A stretch of DNA of 64,000 nucleotides from Opitutales bacterium. Lineage in GTDB: Bacteria; Verrucomicrobiota; Verrucomicrobiia; Opitutales; UBA953. The stretch covers positions 114,798 through 178,797 of the forward strand of contig JBBAUX010000002.1 in the NCBI GenBank assembly GCA_040398005.1, read 5' to 3'. A program made the position numbers and the translations under genes. Positions 39,633 to 49,342 of this stretch are shown one piece after another (position 1 is the first letter of the stretch; each line of letters starts with the position of its first letter). The notes under the pieces are model-generated. The model was not told where the DNA came from. It did no database searches and was given only the letters and a program-made list of their open reading frames with translations.

Positions 39633-40101
39633 GAGAGGGTTTGGAGCAGCGGGGGCAGATACCATAAATTTCCATAATGTGCGTTAAGTCGGTGAAGCCC
39701 TGATTTTTTGCAGCGATTTCAAGTTTGATCGTATCGCAGCCCGGAAGCTTTTCGATTAAGCCGCAGCGTCGACAAATCACATGGTGGTGATGGTGGTCAG
39801 GCGCTATCATCGCGTAGAGATTTTTTCCTCGTTCAATGGGGTGACGTTGGACGACGCCCGCTTCTTCGAGTGAGTCTAGATTTCGATACACTGTGACTAA
39901 ATCCAAAGTGCCGTCCCCGGCTGACTTATGAATTTCCTCCGCACTGATTGGGTTTTTGCACTCCGATAAAACTTTCAGCATGGCGAGACGAGGATTGGTA
40001 ATACGCAGAGCCTTCGTTTTCATCCGACTCAGGGCGGATTCTACCCTGGGATGGGGGTCGCCGTCGCAGCAGTCTTTGTTATGGAGGTGTTTATCGGGCA
40101 C
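39625..40101 (-). CDS. Fur-family regulator (Zur-like)
   Basis: ITNPR, SAEEI, TVYRNL, HHHHHVICRRCG, GICPRC. Confidence 0.9.
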   Translation of the reverse strand: MPDKHLHNKDCCDGDPHPRVESALSRMKTKALRITNPRLAMLKVLSECKNPISAEEIHKSAGDGTLDLVTVYRNLDSLEEAGVVQRHPIERGKNLYAMIAPDHHHHHVICRRCGLIEKLPGCDTIKLEIAAKNQGFTDLTHIMEIYGICPRCSKPSHE

Positions 40102-40187
40102 AGGCTCTAAATTCGACTTCTATTATGACGTGGCAAGACGAATGGTCACTTGCCACCCGCCAATCTCTGGTTTGGCTATAATCTCGT

Positions 40188-41312
40188 ATGTCCGAACCCT
40201 CGGCCCAGTCCCCATCGCCCAACTCCTTAGGGCTCACTCAATTTCAGGATTTCATTTCCAAAAAACCCTTCCCGCTTGAGTTGGGTGGTGAATTACCCGA
40301 ACTCACTCTGCGTTACGAAACATACGGAAAATTATCTCCCGATAAATCCAACGCGATTTTAGTACCTCACGCCATTAGCGGAGATCATCACGTGGCCGGA
40401 CGTTATCAATCCGATGATGCTAAACCGGGTTGGTGGGATGGATTTGTCGGACCGGGTAAAGCCATCGACACCGATCGTTTCTTCGTCATCGGAATTAATT
40501 GCATTGGGGGATGTCGTGGTTCGACTGGACCTCTCTCGATTGACCCAAGAACCGGCAAACCTTACGGCGGTTATTTTCCTGAAATTACTTTAGGCGATAT
40601 CGTCCGCGCGCAGCGTCTGGTTTTTCAACACCTCGGCATTAAAAAATTACACGCCATCGTCGGTGGATCCATGGGCGGAATGCAGGCATTACTTTGGTCG
40701 GGAGATTATCCAGAAGAGGTAGGTCGTATCGCGGTACTCGCCGCAGGGTTGAGTCAATCGCCCATGGCTATTGCCTTAAATGCAGTTTCCCGCGCCTGTG
40801 TTGAGACCGATCCGCAATGGCGGGGTGGACACTATCAACCCGGTGAAGGACCGGATAGCGGCTTAGCTATCGGGAGAATGATAAGCCATATCAGCTATCT
40901 TTCATCCACGGCGTTCGACCAAAAATTTGGCCGCGCCAAAGTGCCCGGCGCCAAACCTAACGATCCCGTTTACTGGGAGGTTGAAAGTTATTTGAAGCAC
41001 CAAGGAACTTCTTTCGTAAAACGTTTTGATGCGAATAGTTGGTTGCGCATTACACGTGCCGTTGATCGATTTGATTTAACTGCACGTGCGGCGGCAGGTC
41101 AGTTGTTTAAGAAAGTCGGACCCGATGTTCTAGCGATTGGATTTTCGAGTGACTGGCTTTATCCGACAAGCGAACTACGTATGGTCGTCGCGGCGGCCAC
41201 GGCGGTGGGCGTGAATGCCGCTTATTTGGAAGTGGTTACCGATGCTGGTCACGACGGATTCCTCATCCCCGATACGGGTCTGAGTGTCCGCCTGCACGCC
41301 TTCTTGGGTTAA
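40188..41312 (+). CDS. metX: Homoserine O-acyltransferase
   Basis: YETYG, HAISGD, GWW, GGSMGGMQ nucleophile, RFDANS, GHDGFL. Confidence 0.92.
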   Translation: MSEPSAQSPSPNSLGLTQFQDFISKKPFPLELGGELPELTLRYETYGKLSPDKSNAILVPHAISGDHHVAGRYQSDDAKPGWWDGFVGPGKAIDTDRFFVIGINCIGGCRGSTGPLSIDPRTGKPYGGYFPEITLGDIVRAQRLVFQHLGIKKLHAIVGGSMGGMQALLWSGDYPEEVGRIAVLAAGLSQSPMAIALNAVSRACVETDPQWRGGHYQPGEGPDSGLAIGRMISHISYLSSTAFDQKFGRAKVPGAKPNDPVYWEVESYLKHQGTSFVKRFDANSWLRITRAVDRFDLTARAAAGQLFKKVGPDVLAIGFSSDWLYPTSELRMVVAAATAVGVNAAYLEVVTDAGHDGFLIPDTGLSVRLHAFLG

Positions 41313-42698
41313 TCAGAGCAGGGGAGCGACCAGTTTAGAAACCGCCTCGAGGGCTTGTCCCTGCCAGGTGCGACTTTTCCGATAAATATCCTCCGAATAG
41401 GGCGAGCACTCCTGTTCGATTGAACTGATAAAATCAGCAATGTTATTTAGGGTTTTCGGGTGATTAACGCAGGCGGCAATTTCGTAATTAAAGAAGAGTG
41501 AACGCATGTCTAAATTAGCCGAGCCAACGATGGCGGTTTCATCATCAACCAAGAATAATTTAGCGTGCAGAATGCCTGATTTGTAAAACAGAATTTTTAC
41601 TCCCGCCTCTTTTAATTTTCGTAAATACCAGCGACGGGCGAAATCAAGTAAACGATGGTCCGAACGTCGCGGCAGAATAATTTTAACTTCAATATTTTTT
41701 CGGGCAGCACTCAGCAGTAGTCGAAACAAAGTCCGATCAGGAATAAAGTAAGGCGTCACGATGGTAATCGATTTTTCTGCGTCTTCGATTAATTTGATGT
41801 AGGCTTCCCAGAGAGGGTCGCCCACACAGTCGGGTCCCGAAGCAATAATTTTAATTTGAGTTTCTCCGCGGTGTTGCGGTTGGTGTCGGAGGATTTCTAG
41901 AAATTCTTTCGGCTCGCGATGGGTGGCCTGACACCAATCCGCGATAAAAACACGCTCGAGTGCTCCCGCTGCGGGTCCATCAATGAGGAAAGAACAATCC
42001 CGATAACGACGATTAGACGGTTTGTAGCCTAGATAATTGAGGCTGATATTTTGACCACCAATCACCGCCGTTTGCCCATCAAACAGGGCGATCTTACGAT
42101 GGCTTCGCCAGTTCGCCGATCCTTTACCTTGCATCGGTAAAATCGGATTAAATGTCGCCACTTCACCGCCGGCTTTGATCAGTGGCCGACATAGGAACTG
42201 CGGTGTACCCAGGCTGCCGACTCCATCGAGTAGCAAACGTACTTCGACGCCAGCGCGTGCTCGCTGAGCGAGAGCTGAAATAATTTCTCGGCCAATCGCA
42301 TCGGCCTTAAGAATGTAGGTTTCGATATGAATTCTTTTTTGCGCTAAACGGATTTCTTTTAACAAAGTTTCGAGCATCATTTTTCCATCCTCGTCACCCA
42401 GCACCGTAAATTGGTTGCCGCGAATCTCGGAATCGCTCGTGAGTTTTTTAGCCACGGCGTTAACCTCTCGCTTCTTGCGTGCGAGTTGCGTGTATTTTCG
42501 TCCGCCCCAGATAAACAGAATAAGCGCTGCAGATTTAGGGATTAAAATCGCTACGCTTATCCAAAATAAAATATAAAAACCTGTCACTCTCGCCCAGGCG
42601 GCACGATAGATAACAAATGCGGTACAGGCGTAATTAACCCAGGGTAGTAAGAAAGCTAGTTCTGGCAGCCGATCTATCACAAGTAGGGTGCCTTGCAT
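41313..42698 (-). CDS. cls: Cardiolipin synthase (PLD family)
   Basis: Two HKD motifs (HRKIALFD, HAKLFLVD), N-terminal TM helices, TPYFIPD, GSANLD.RS. Confidence 0.9.
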   Translation of the reverse strand: MQGTLLVIDRLPELAFLLPWVNYACTAFVIYRAAWARVTGFYILFWISVAILIPKSAALILFIWGGRKYTQLARKKREVNAVAKKLTSDSEIRGNQFTVLGDEDGKMMLETLLKEIRLAQKRIHIETYILKADAIGREIISALAQRARAGVEVRLLLDGVGSLGTPQFLCRPLIKAGGEVATFNPILPMQGKGSANWRSHRKIALFDGQTAVIGGQNISLNYLGYKPSNRRYRDCSFLIDGPAAGALERVFIADWCQATHREPKEFLEILRHQPQHRGETQIKIIASGPDCVGDPLWEAYIKLIEDAEKSITIVTPYFIPDRTLFRLLLSAARKNIEVKIILPRRSDHRLLDFARRWYLRKLKEAGVKILFYKSGILHAKLFLVDDETAIVGSANLDMRSLFFNYEIAACVNHPKTLNNIADFISSIEQECSPYSEDIYRKSRTWQGQALEAVSKLVAPLL

Positions 42699-42733
42699 AC
42701 AGTTAGACTAAACATTCTCAGTTATCTGGACAC

Positions 42734-42762
42734 AAAAAAAGACCCCGGTTTCCCGAGGTCTT
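42734..42762 (-). terminator. Rho-independent terminator after rpsA
   Basis: GACCTCGG-GAAA-CCGGGGTC followed by T7 on minus strand. Confidence 0.85.
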
Positions 42763-42784
42763 GATGTGGAAGCTAATCGAGTGA

Positions 42785-44506
42785 TTAGTTGCCGGCCTTG
42801 TCGAGCAAGTCGCCGAGACTGTTGAAGTCTCCGCTGCCTGACGAACCAGTCGAACCGCCACCCGACGAAGGAGCCGCAGGGGCGCCGCCAGTGGAAGGTC
42901 CTTTGATACGATCGTAGGAGGAGATTTCAGCCTGTAAGCGTTCAGCATCGTAGTTAGCAGCCTTGATGGAGAGACCGATGCGACGGTCTTCTTTATCAAT
43001 CTTGATAACACGGGCGCTGACTTCTTGGCCGACTTTGACTACGTCTTTAACATTTTCCACGCGCTGTTCAGCGAGTTGGGAAACGTGAACGAGGCCATCA
43101 ATCTCTTCCGAGAGTTCGATGAAGGCACCGAAGTTAGCCACTTTGGAAACCTTACCTTTAACAAGGTCACCAATGCGGAACTTCTTATCGATGTCGCTCC
43201 AAGGATCGGTTTGAATTTGTTTAACGCCGAGGGAGATGCGCTGTTGGTCGATATCTACATCGAGAACAATCGCTTCAACGTCGTCGCCCTTCTTCATCAC
43301 TTCAGCAGGGTTGTTGATACGACGGGTCCAGCTCATGTCGGTGACGTGAACCATACCATCGATACCATCTTCGAGTTCCACGAACGCACCGTAGTTGGTG
43401 AGATTGCGAACTTTTCCATGAACGCGTGCGCCTACGGGATAGTTGTGACGAACTTTTTCCCAAGGATTTTCTTCGAGTTGGCGGATACCCAAGGAGATTT
43501 TTTGTTCTTCCTTGTTAACGCTGATGATAACAGCGTCGACTTCTTGGCCCACTTTAAGGATGTCCGAAGGTTTCTGTACGCGCTTGGTCCAGGAGAGTTC
43601 GGAAACGTGAACGAGTCCTTCGACGCCACCTTCAATTTCAATGAAGGCACCGTATTGAACGAGGTTAACGACTTTACCATGAACTTTTTGACCCACTGGG
43701 TAACGCTTTTCGATACCTTCCCATGGATTAGGCTGAGTTTGTTTGAGACCGAGTGAGACGCGTTCGCGATCACGATCCACTTCAACCACCATGACAGTAA
43801 CTTCTTCGCCCACTTTCACCACTTCGCTTGGGTGACCAATGCGGCCCCAGCTCATGTCGGTGACGTGTAAGAGGCCATCGAGACCATCGAGATCCACGAA
43901 CGCACCGTAATCGGTGATGTTCTTGATGATGCCGCGACGGATGGTGCCAGGTTTAACTTCTTCAAGAAGTTTACGACGGCTTTCTCCGCGTTGCTCTTCG
44001 ATGAGCTCGCGACGTGAGACGACGAGATTTTTCTTATCTTTGTTAATTTTGATGATTTTGAAATCGAAAGTTTGGCCAACGAAAACATCGAGGTTCTTCG
44101 GAGGATTGATATCGATTTGGGAGGAAGGCATAAATGCATCCACGCCCACAGAGACGATGAGTCCGCCTTTAACGACAGACTTGATACGGCCTTGAACGAT
44201 AGAGCCTTCTTGGCAGTTAGCCTCGATGCTTTCCCATTTACGAATTTGAACTGCGCGATCGTAAGAAACGGTCGGCGTGCCATCCTTGTTTTCCAGTTTC
44301 TCGAGATAGACTTCGAGATCCATGCCGACTTGGATTTCGGCCATATCGGGGAACTCGGCTTGGGGGATGAATCCCTCGGACTTGCCTTTGATATCGACGA
44401 CGACGTCTTTATCGCCACGGATTTCCGTGACCTTGGCTTTGATGACCGAGTGAGGTTTGAGCGCGCCGAAATTAGAATCGGCGAGCAGTTTTTCCATGAT
44501 GCTCAT
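42785..44506 (-). CDS. rpsA: 30S ribosomal protein S1
   Basis: Six S1 repeats (YGAFV..DGLLHV.DMSW); Gly/Ser-rich tail. Confidence 0.97.
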   Translation of the reverse strand: MSIMEKLLADSNFGALKPHSVIKAKVTEIRGDKDVVVDIKGKSEGFIPQAEFPDMAEIQVGMDLEVYLEKLENKDGTPTVSYDRAVQIRKWESIEANCQEGSIVQGRIKSVVKGGLIVSVGVDAFMPSSQIDINPPKNLDVFVGQTFDFKIIKINKDKKNLVVSRRELIEEQRGESRRKLLEEVKPGTIRRGIIKNITDYGAFVDLDGLDGLLHVTDMSWGRIGHPSEVVKVGEEVTVMVVEVDRDRERVSLGLKQTQPNPWEGIEKRYPVGQKVHGKVVNLVQYGAFIEIEGGVEGLVHVSELSWTKRVQKPSDILKVGQEVDAVIISVNKEEQKISLGIRQLEENPWEKVRHNYPVGARVHGKVRNLTNYGAFVELEDGIDGMVHVTDMSWTRRINNPAEVMKKGDDVEAIVLDVDIDQQRISLGVKQIQTDPWSDIDKKFRIGDLVKGKVSKVANFGAFIELSEEIDGLVHVSQLAEQRVENVKDVVKVGQEVSARVIKIDKEDRRIGLSIKAANYDAERLQAEISSYDRIKGPSTGGAPAAPSSGGGSTGSSGSGDFNSLGDLLDKAGN

Positions 44507-44655
44507 ATTATATTTTTTTGACTAGTTGTCCTGGGCGTCCGAAGACGTTTCCAGGGTTTTGGTTGTTGTTAGGAACGAACCTTTAGAGATTCCACTAACA
44601 CAAGTTAGCGGGCTAAAGGGAGGTTGAAAGAACCTGTTTCCACCCCCCATTGCAA
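44507..44655 (-). promoter_or_regulatory. Structured rpsA 5' leader
   Basis: Two hairpins (one with a CUUCGG loop) joined by an A/C-rich linker; A-rich, SD-less start region. Confidence 0.5.
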
Positions 44656-44660
44656 GTCGA

Positions 44661-46181
44661 TTATGAACCAGAATTCGTAATTATTTTCCTTAAATCTGGG
44701 TCCTGGCTCCACTCACCACGGACGATTAAAGACTGTAAAACCTTAAGTCCGAGTTCTTTTTGACCGTTTTTCATTAAAAATTGTCCGAGTTCCCAAACGA
44801 GTCCGTCGTCCAAATTGTTTAATTCGCTCCAATCATCAATCGGCCAAACCGCCGGCTTTCCTTCTTCGACGAGCGCTTTGACATATTCATAAGCTAGAGG
44901 AATCGATGGCTTCTTGGTTAAAGTTGAAAGCATCAGCTCGAGATTGAGTTCCGGGTTTTTCACTTTGCGGATCAGGCATCCACGTATGGCCGCATAGGGT
45001 CCGAGCTCATCCGGTTTATTTGCATAATTTTTTAACTGGGTCGCGATGTTGACGGTAAAGGGTTTGTAAAACGGATCCCCTAGGATGGTTCCTTGCCAGC
45101 TCACCACGGGCGTTGCGTACCACGCAGCTTCGCCCGCAGATTTTCCGCGCATGAGTCCACTCACTAAAAAATCGGGTCTCATCGTGAAACCTAAAAACGG
45201 TTCGTAGACATTACCCGAAGTGAGTCCGGCACCTTGTCTGACTAATAATGCAGCCCAATTATTTTCAGGTTTTTTCAACGAACTCGCCGAAAAACTATGC
45301 AGGTGTAACGCAATCGCTCCAGGTGCTAATTTGACGCGAGGTAAGGCAAAGCGCCCGCTTGGAGTTTGTGCATACCAACCTAAATAAAAGGCGGGAGCTT
45401 CCGACCTCGCCCGTTCATCAAAAAGTTTTTGGGATGAATCGATATCGGTGGGGAAACCATAGAGTTGGGTGATTTCTGCGGAATTTTTAAACCAGGTATC
45501 GCCTTCTTTATAGGGCCCACCGACATCGACATAGCTGCGTCCTCTTAGACCCATCTCCTCCGCCCGCCACGCTCCCATCAGTGCTTTTAAGGTGTCGGTG
45601 GGTGTCGGTCCGTCGAGTCGACTGGTGCGAACAATTTCCGTAATTTCTGAAGAGTTAGGAAAATCCTGACTAAACCATGGATTGGGTTTTGCGCCCACCG
45701 GATTGAGATTCACCGCCGCCAATAAAGACAGTTCACTATCCACACAGGCTTGGTCGCCCCGAGTCACGTCGCGCGACTCTGTAGCTGGCTTGAATCCACT
45801 GGCTTTAATTTTTAGAGGCACACCGTAGACGGTAATTAACCATGAGATTTTTGGATTCTCGGTTGGGATAAAATCTTCCCGGCCATATAAATCCTTTTCC
45901 CGATTCATTTTTCCGGAAATAAATTTCATTTCCAGAAGCTGTCGACGTAACGGATTAAGAATGCTCTGACTGTATTGATCCCAACTAATTTCTTCAGTCG
46001 TAGGTAGGGGTAGGGAGATGAGATTGGCTTCAGGGATCCCCCGTTTACGCATCAAAGCTTTCGCAATCAGAATGCCGTCAGGAGCATTATCATTTGCTAA
46101 AACAATCGTTGTCGTTGGATCAAGGTCGGCACGAAGTTCCACTCCGAGAAGACCAATTAAAATGAGCAGACACAACCGCAT
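44661..46181 (-). CDS. TIGR03790-family secreted protein
   Basis: Signal peptide; VLAN..., ACVDSEL, RLDGP, YLGWY, PGAIALHLHSFSA, GNVYEPFL, GDPFYKPF. Confidence 0.8.
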   Translation of the reverse strand: MRLCLLILIGLLGVELRADLDPTTTIVLANDNAPDGILIAKALMRKRGIPEANLISLPLPTTEEISWDQYSQSILNPLRRQLLEMKFISGKMNREKDLYGREDFIPTENPKISWLITVYGVPLKIKASGFKPATESRDVTRGDQACVDSELSLLAAVNLNPVGAKPNPWFSQDFPNSSEITEIVRTSRLDGPTPTDTLKALMGAWRAEEMGLRGRSYVDVGGPYKEGDTWFKNSAEITQLYGFPTDIDSSQKLFDERARSEAPAFYLGWYAQTPSGRFALPRVKLAPGAIALHLHSFSASSLKKPENNWAALLVRQGAGLTSGNVYEPFLGFTMRPDFLVSGLMRGKSAGEAAWYATPVVSWQGTILGDPFYKPFTVNIATQLKNYANKPDELGPYAAIRGCLIRKVKNPELNLELMLSTLTKKPSIPLAYEYVKALVEEGKPAVWPIDDWSELNNLDDGLVWELGQFLMKNGQKELGLKVLQSLIVRGEWSQDPDLRKIITNSGS

Positions 46182-46228
46182 CAGAAGTTCATCCTAGCTA
46201 AAAAACCGCTCAGAGGAAGTTTGAAATC

Positions 46229-47206
46229 CTAGGGCTTAAGTCGATTGCTGTAATCAATAATCCCCGCCGCCACAGATTCCGCGAGTTTTTGACGATAGTT
46301 CGGATTAGCAATTAGCGCACCTTCGGCCTGGCTCGAAATAAAACCGCCTTCAACCAAGATGCCCGGGCAGTTTAATGATTTAAGAACAGCAAACCGTGCA
46401 CGCTTAACTGCTCGATCTTCTGTGCCCATCGTGTTGACGGTGCGCAGGTGCACGCTCCAAGCTAAAAGCAGGTTTAACGCATCGAGGCGATTTCCGGGAA
46501 GCATGATACTACTCGCGGTATTTTTAGACTGATTGGTCGATGATTCTCCGGCGACGGTTAGGCAATAGGTCTCAATCCCCGAAGTGGTTGAGTCTTTCGG
46601 TGCACCTCCGTTAAAGTGCAGGCTGATAAATAAATCCGCCTTCACTTTATTCGCATAGTCGCAGCGGTCGGGTAGGTCGACAAACTTATCTTTTTCGCGA
46701 GTGAGTAAAACTTCGAAGCCGAGTTTTTCTAAAATAATTTTAAGTCGGAGTGCCGTATCGAGCGTCGCAGATTTCTCGGAATAATTATATATTTTACTCA
46801 TAATCCCAGGGTCTTTGCCGCCATGTCCGGGATCGATGACAATGCGTCGAAAACCAATGCCGAACGGCGCCTTATTTCGCCAGATGAGTGGCACTAAAAC
46901 TTTATCATAGTCCACGCGGTCTATCGCCAGATTTCCTTTGATAAGAGTTAATGACTCCGTCAGCCAGACTTTCACTCCTCCGATGGTGATGAAGGGTTTT
47001 TTATTTTCCGCAAAAACGTCAGGCAGGTTTTTTCCAGCGTAACGCTCGGACTCTGCAGGATCAGTTTTGAGTGCAGGTACGGGTTGCAGTCCTAAAAGTT
47101 TTAAGGTTTCACCCAAGGATACATCGGGCCTCGCCCAAGCATTGGGAGCGACGCCTAACCACAAGAAAAAGGCGAAGAGTAGAAAGGTGTGCCCGCGGGC
47201 TTTCAC
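46229..47206 (-). CDS. N-acetylmuramoyl-L-alanine amidase (Amidase_3)
   Basis: IDPGHGGKDPG, EK, LTR, FISLHFN, LVEGGF; GTG start chosen just after infC stop. Confidence 0.92.
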   Translation of the reverse strand: MKARGHTFLLFAFFLWLGVAPNAWARPDVSLGETLKLLGLQPVPALKTDPAESERYAGKNLPDVFAENKKPFITIGGVKVWLTESLTLIKGNLAIDRVDYDKVLVPLIWRNKAPFGIGFRRIVIDPGHGGKDPGIMSKIYNYSEKSATLDTALRLKIILEKLGFEVLLTREKDKFVDLPDRCDYANKVKADLFISLHFNGGAPKDSTTSGIETYCLTVAGESSTNQSKNTASSIMLPGNRLDALNLLLAWSVHLRTVNTMGTEDRAVKRARFAVLKSLNCPGILVEGGFISSQAEGALIANPNYRQKLAESVAAGIIDYSNRLKP

Positions 47207-47210
47207 GGTA

Positions 47211-47888
47211 TTACTCGGTATCGTTTTCGCCGTTATCCACCGAGGAATCGTCCTCTTGATCATCATCCGAAGGTTCGGCATTATGAATCAGTTTACGACG
47301 GTTTTCCTGTAAAGGTGTCAAGCCCACCACAATGGCTCGGCCGGTGCGCTTGGGTTCATTGTCTCGCGTGCAAATGTGCATCAGTTCAGTAATCGCTTTA
47401 TTCATCGTTTCGAGACCGATTTCTGGGTGCTCTAATTCGCGGTAACGATATTGTAAGAGCAGTTTTACTTTGTGTCCGTGATAAAGGAAATTTTCGGCAC
47501 GACGGACTTTGATCATTAAGTCATGCACATCAATCCGTGGACGGAGTTTAATTTCTTTCACCTTCGTCGTCGTCTTTTGATGCTTATGCTTCTTCGCTTC
47601 TTCGTATAAATATTTTCCGTATTCAATTAATTTACAAACGGGCGGTACTGCGGTGGCTGCAATTTCAATTAAATCAACGCCGTGTTCTTGCGCTAATTGT
47701 AAAGCTTTAGTGGTCGACATCACGCCCAGCATTTCACCTTTCGCCGTGATTACACGAATCTCAGTTGCCCGTATCTTTTCGTTACGTTTGGGTCCTTTGT
47801 CTTCTCGGCTGCGATTATTGAAGCGCTGCTGACTAGAGCTGGACGGTTTTTTGGGCCGAGGGCTATTCGGGCGATAAGGGGTTGCCAT
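47211..47888 (-). CDS. infC: Translation initiation factor IF-3
   Basis: NEKIRA.EIRVI, PPVCKL, YGKYLYE, KEIKLRP.ID.HD. Confidence 0.96.
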   Translation of the reverse strand: MATPYRPNSPRPKKPSSSSQQRFNNRSREDKGPKRNEKIRATEIRVITAKGEMLGVMSTTKALQLAQEHGVDLIEIAATAVPPVCKLIEYGKYLYEEAKKHKHQKTTTKVKEIKLRPRIDVHDLMIKVRRAENFLYHGHKVKLLLQYRYRELEHPEIGLETMNKAITELMHICTRDNEPKRTGRAIVVGLTPLQENRRKLIHNAEPSDDDQEDDSSVDNGENDTE

Positions 47889-47974
47889 TAGGTATCTTCG
47901 TGCGTGTCGTTACCTAATTAACTTCCGCTTTTAATCGCCATGGTTCAAGCACCGATTGCGTTCCTAGAGATAAA

Positions 47975-48472
47975 TTATTTCTCACTCTCTAAACGCTTTA
48001 TCTCCGCTAAGACTTGTCGGCCGTGTTCGGCTGGTTCTACTTTTGAGATGACCGATTTCAAAACACCATCCGCGTCAAAGAGGTAGGCCGCACGCAATGG
48101 ACCAAAATATTTCTTACCATACATCGATTTCTCAACGATCGCATCGAGGGCCTTGGAGAATTTATCCTCGGGGTCGGAAACCAGGGTGTACTTAATCCCA
48201 TTCTTCTCGGCGTATTTCACGTGGGAGCTAGTCTTATCTCTCGAAATAGTTATGGTCTTAAAACCTTTACGAGCAATGACTTGTAAATCTTCAGAGAGGG
48301 CGTAGGTCTGTTTATCGCAGGCCGAGGTGTTGTTGCGCATGTAGACCGAAACCACGGTCGGACCGTCAATAAGCTCAGAAAATCGGACAGTTTCGACTTT
48401 TCCCTTCAAAACAGCTTCAATTTCGAAGTTTAACTTAGGTTTTTTACCTATTTTGTGCATAGGCCTATTCAA
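47975..48472 (-). CDS. Peroxiredoxin (BCP/PrxQ-like, one Cys)
   Basis: NNTSAC active-site-like motif, SH..YAEK, LVSDP, EKSMYGKKYFG, KV.PAEH; start may be 48460. Confidence 0.8.
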   Translation of the reverse strand: MNRPMHKIGKKPKLNFEIEAVLKGKVETVRFSELIDGPTVVSVYMRNNTSACDKQTYALSEDLQVIARKGFKTITISRDKTSSHVKYAEKNGIKYTLVSDPEDKFSKALDAIVEKSMYGKKYFGPLRAAYLFDADGVLKSVISKVEPAEHGRQVLAEIKRLESEK

Positions 48473-48599
48473 TTGTCGGGCTGCGCTAAACTGTCAAACG
48501 AGACCCCTTTATTCTGGGCTAATTCGATCACGATAAGATTAGCCATCCTTTCCCCTTTACAAAAGCTCCCCCGTGGTCTTTGTTCCGACCCTTTCCGCC

Positions 48600-48791
48600 A
48601 TGCAAAAGACCCGCAAGTCGATCTCCAAACGCTTCAAAATTACCGGTACCGGTAAAGTGATGCGCAAGTCCCCTAACGGACGCCACCTTCTTAGTTCTAA
48701 GTCGCGCAAGCAACGTCGTCGTGCCAATAAAGACAAGCGCGTCGACTCAGGTTTCGAAAAGAAAATGTTGGCTTCCATGCCATTCGCGTAA
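48600..48791 (+). CDS. rpmI: 50S ribosomal protein L35
   Basis: MQKTRKSISKRFKITGTGK..HLL..KS. Confidence 0.95.
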   Translation: MQKTRKSISKRFKITGTGKVMRKSPNGRHLLSSKSRKQRRRANKDKRVDSGFEKKMLASMPFA

Positions 48792-48878
48792 ATCGACTGC
48801 CTAAAATTTCTGGCCGACCGGGTGTTCATTAAGGCGACCCCCAGGCCATTAAACTAACCATAAAAACAACATACCAAC

Positions 48879-49238
48879 ATGCCTAGAGCAACCAACGGTC
48901 CAGCTACCAAAGCACGCAAACGTCGTGCGATTCGCGCAGCTAAGGGCTACTTCGGAAATAAATCACGTCTCTACATCTACGCTCTCGAAGCTGTACAACG
49001 TGCCCAAAAATTCGCTTACCGCGATCGTCGCAAAAATAAATCGACGTTCCGCCAATTGTGGATCGTGCGTCTCAACGCAGCCTGCCGCCCTCAAGGTATC
49101 AGCTACAGTCGTTTAGTGAACGGCCTCAAAAAGGCTAACATCACCATCGACCGTAAAAACCTCAGCGAGCTCGCTATTCATGATGCCCCAGCTTTTGAGG
49201 CAATCGTGACCTTGGCCAAAGCCGCTTTGAAGAAGTAA
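48879..49238 (+). CDS. rplT: 50S ribosomal protein L20
   Basis: AKGYFG, AYRDRR, FRQLWIVRLNAA, IDRKNLSELA. Confidence 0.97.
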   Translation: MPRATNGPATKARKRRAIRAAKGYFGNKSRLYIYALEAVQRAQKFAYRDRRKNKSTFRQLWIVRLNAACRPQGISYSRLVNGLKKANITIDRKNLSELAIHDAPAFEAIVTLAKAALKK

Positions 49239-49258
49239 ATTTTGCTTCCTAACGGTTT

Positions 49259-49291
49259 AACAGGGCCCCGATTATCGGGGCCTTGTTGTTT
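49259..49291 (+). terminator. Rho-independent terminator after rplT
   Basis: AACAGGGCCCCGA-TTA-TCGGGGCCTTGTT followed by GTTT. Confidence 0.75.
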
Positions 49292-49342
49292 CTGTAGTGC
49301 TTTCGCTTGCCGATTTCCTTCTCCATCGCACAAATCTAACTC

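Noticed and set aside
40102..40187. SAM riboswitch upstream of metX
   Set aside because: Spacer is only 86 nt, shared with the divergent fur gene, and the -10 box is 5 nt from the ATG
43025..44521. Long antisense and alternate-frame ORFs over rpsA (243, 188, 149 aa)
   Set aside because: Shadow ORFs expected from codon bias in a highly expressed gene; no motifs
49239..49342. pheM-like leader peptide attenuator before pheS
   Set aside because: No Phe-rich short ORF found; the hairpin fits a plain rplT terminator
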